A DNA stretch of 28,280 bases from a virus (Duplodnaviria; Caudoviricetes), in the IMG/VR virus record IMGVR_UViG_3300020045_003515, positions 1-28,280 of that record; one strand, given 5' to 3'. A program made the translations under genes and the position numbers. Every line of letters begins with the position of its first letter. The stretch's first letter is position 1. The notes under the pieces are model-generated. The model saw nothing but the letters and a program-made list of their open reading frames with translations, did no database searches and was not told the origin of the DNA. Of the stretch, positions 27,257 to 28,280 are shown piece by piece.

Positions 27257-27571
27257 ATGATTGCTATGCCTTTACCTTGTAAGATATTAAAAAATCAATC
27301 AAGTAATGCTTCTGTAGATATTGTCAACTTTGGTCAGATTTCTAAGGATATTCATAGCCTTAATCCTCATAGTCTTGGTGAAGTTGTAGATTTTGAATGG
27401 GGTAATTTGAGTTATGCAGAAGTACAAAGCCTAGAAACTATCTTCCGAAGTGCAAAAGCTACTGAGAGGTTTACCTATGAACTTGGTCGTTATCTTATGG
27501 AGGATGGATTTACTATAAGTGTACAGGGTAATAAACCTATAATTCAAGCATCTTTTAGGAAAGTCCAATGA
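27257..27571 (+). CDS. Minor tail protein M-like (distal tail), copy 1
   Basis: Follows the tape measure. V.FG, LN, W..LS..E...LE.IF and IQASFRKV match the gpM pattern. Confidence 0.68.
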   Translation: MIAMPLPCKILKNQSSNASVDIVNFGQISKDIHSLNPHSLGEVVDFEWGNLSYAEVQSLETIFRSAKATERFTYELGRYLMEDGFTISVQGNKPIIQASFRKVQ

Positions 27572-28280
27572 CAGTTTATATCCTCCCTTTTGTAAATAAG
27601 TTATCTAGTAACTATTCTAAGAAAGTTAGCTTCACTAATGGAGCTTGTAAAGCTAATAATCAATATGTTCGTAAAGTTGGGGTAGGTATACATAATAGCC
27701 AAACAAGTTATGAACTTAGATATATTGGATTGACTAGCGAGGAACTTTTAGAGCTAGAGAACTTATTCAGTTATCAAGCATTAGGTGATTTAGTAAGTTT
27801 CAAGTCACCAATTGATGCTACTATTGGTTACTATTTCAAACCTACGTCATGGAAAAAGAGTAGATATTATAAAATTCTAGCTAATAACCAACGTGTTAAG
27901 GTGTTTGATATAGAATTTAGCCTTATAGAGGGTAATAGACTATCTAATAGCTTATTACCAATAGAACCTTTGGAAACCTATCAGATTAACGTGGCTAGTA
28001 CAGTAATTTATGAGGCATCTTCACTAACTTGTTCTGTTATAACAACTAATGTATCTGATGGAACTATACTATACTGGACTCTATATAATATAACTACGGC
28101 TTTAACCGATGTTACACCACAATCTGGTTCAGTTACTATAACAACATCTTCTGCTAGTTTTATTATAGACATACTAGCAGATGCTTATTTAGAAGGGGTA
28201 GAGACTTTTCAAATTCAGTTAAGAGTTGGTGGGATTACTGGCGGTGTAGTTGCGCTTAGCCCTGTTGTATCGATACGAGA
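27568..28280 (+). CDS. Second gpM-like protein fused to a Calx-beta/Ig-like domain; 3' end outside window
   Basis: Not in the ORF track. ATGA overlap at 27568, open to the window edge. N-terminal Y.RK.GVGIHN...YELRYIGLT.EE...LE..F...F..P is gpM-like. C-terminal TTNVSDGTILYW...SGSVTI...LADAYLEGVETF.IQLR is Calx-beta-like. Confidence 0.75.
   Translation, partial: MTVYILPFVNKLSSNYSKKVSFTNGACKANNQYVRKVGVGIHNSQTSYELRYIGLTSEELLELENLFSYQALGDLVSFKSPIDATIGYYFKPTSWKKSRYYKILANNQRVKVFDIEFSLIEGNRLSNSLLPIEPLETYQINVASTVIYEASSLTCSVITTNVSDGTILYWTLYNITTALTDVTPQSGSVTITTSSASFIIDILADAYLEGVETFQIQLRVGGITGGVVALSPVVSIR

Larger units (their letters stand above)
1..28280. mobile_element. Lambda-like siphophage (phage or prophage) structural region
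   Basis: Contiguous terminase-portal-protease-capsid-neck-tail tube-tape measure genes plus L/K/I/J tail-tip genes. Genes are tightly packed or overlapping. No host housekeeping genes are seen. Confidence 0.97.

Noticed and set aside
1499-27258. Short antisense or alternate-frame ORFs in the track (e.g. 1499-1681, 2832-3218, 9147-9491, 18562-18918, 24733-25086, 25561-25896)
   Set aside because: They overlap well-supported genes on the opposite strand, lack RBS or motifs, and read as shadow ORFs.
1-28280. Stop-codon reassignment, introns/inteins, tRNAs, CRISPR arrays
   Set aside because: Genes are full length in code 11 with TAA, TAG and TGA all used as real stops; terL, portal and capsid are uninterrupted; intergenic gaps are too short and show no such patterns.

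Overview
The whole window is the virion-morphogenesis region of an AT-rich (roughly 35% GC by eye) lambda-like siphophage or prophage; no host genes, integrase or att site are visible. Two arms diverge from a 77-bp intergenic region (7534-7610). The left arm (- strand) carries tail-tip genes resembling lambda L, K, I and J, then a fibre-like protein, a 237-aa virion-like protein and a beta-propeller cut by the window edge. The right arm (+ strand) runs: holin-like gene, terS, GpA-type terL, small holin-like gene, gpW, portal, HK97-type protease with a nested scaffold, decoration protein, gpE-type capsid, M15 endolysin, neck genes, a 651-aa tail tube, two tail-chaperone paralogs flanking an HNH gene, a tape measure with a lysozyme domain, and two gpM-like genes. 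Main unusual points: (1) apparent purge of GATC, GGNCC, CCNGG and probably GGCC, with no Gly-Pro, Pro-Gly or Trp-Pro in the called proteins; (2) one ~100-aa flagellin/S-layer-like module inserted in both the decoration protein and the tail tube; (3) the G/G-T frameshift apparently replaced by two separate genes; (4) a fibre dense in N-X-S/T sequons; (5) a cysteine-free gpL lacking the Fe-S domain; (6) tail-tip genes split off and inverted. Family calls come from motif recognition by eye, not from database searches.
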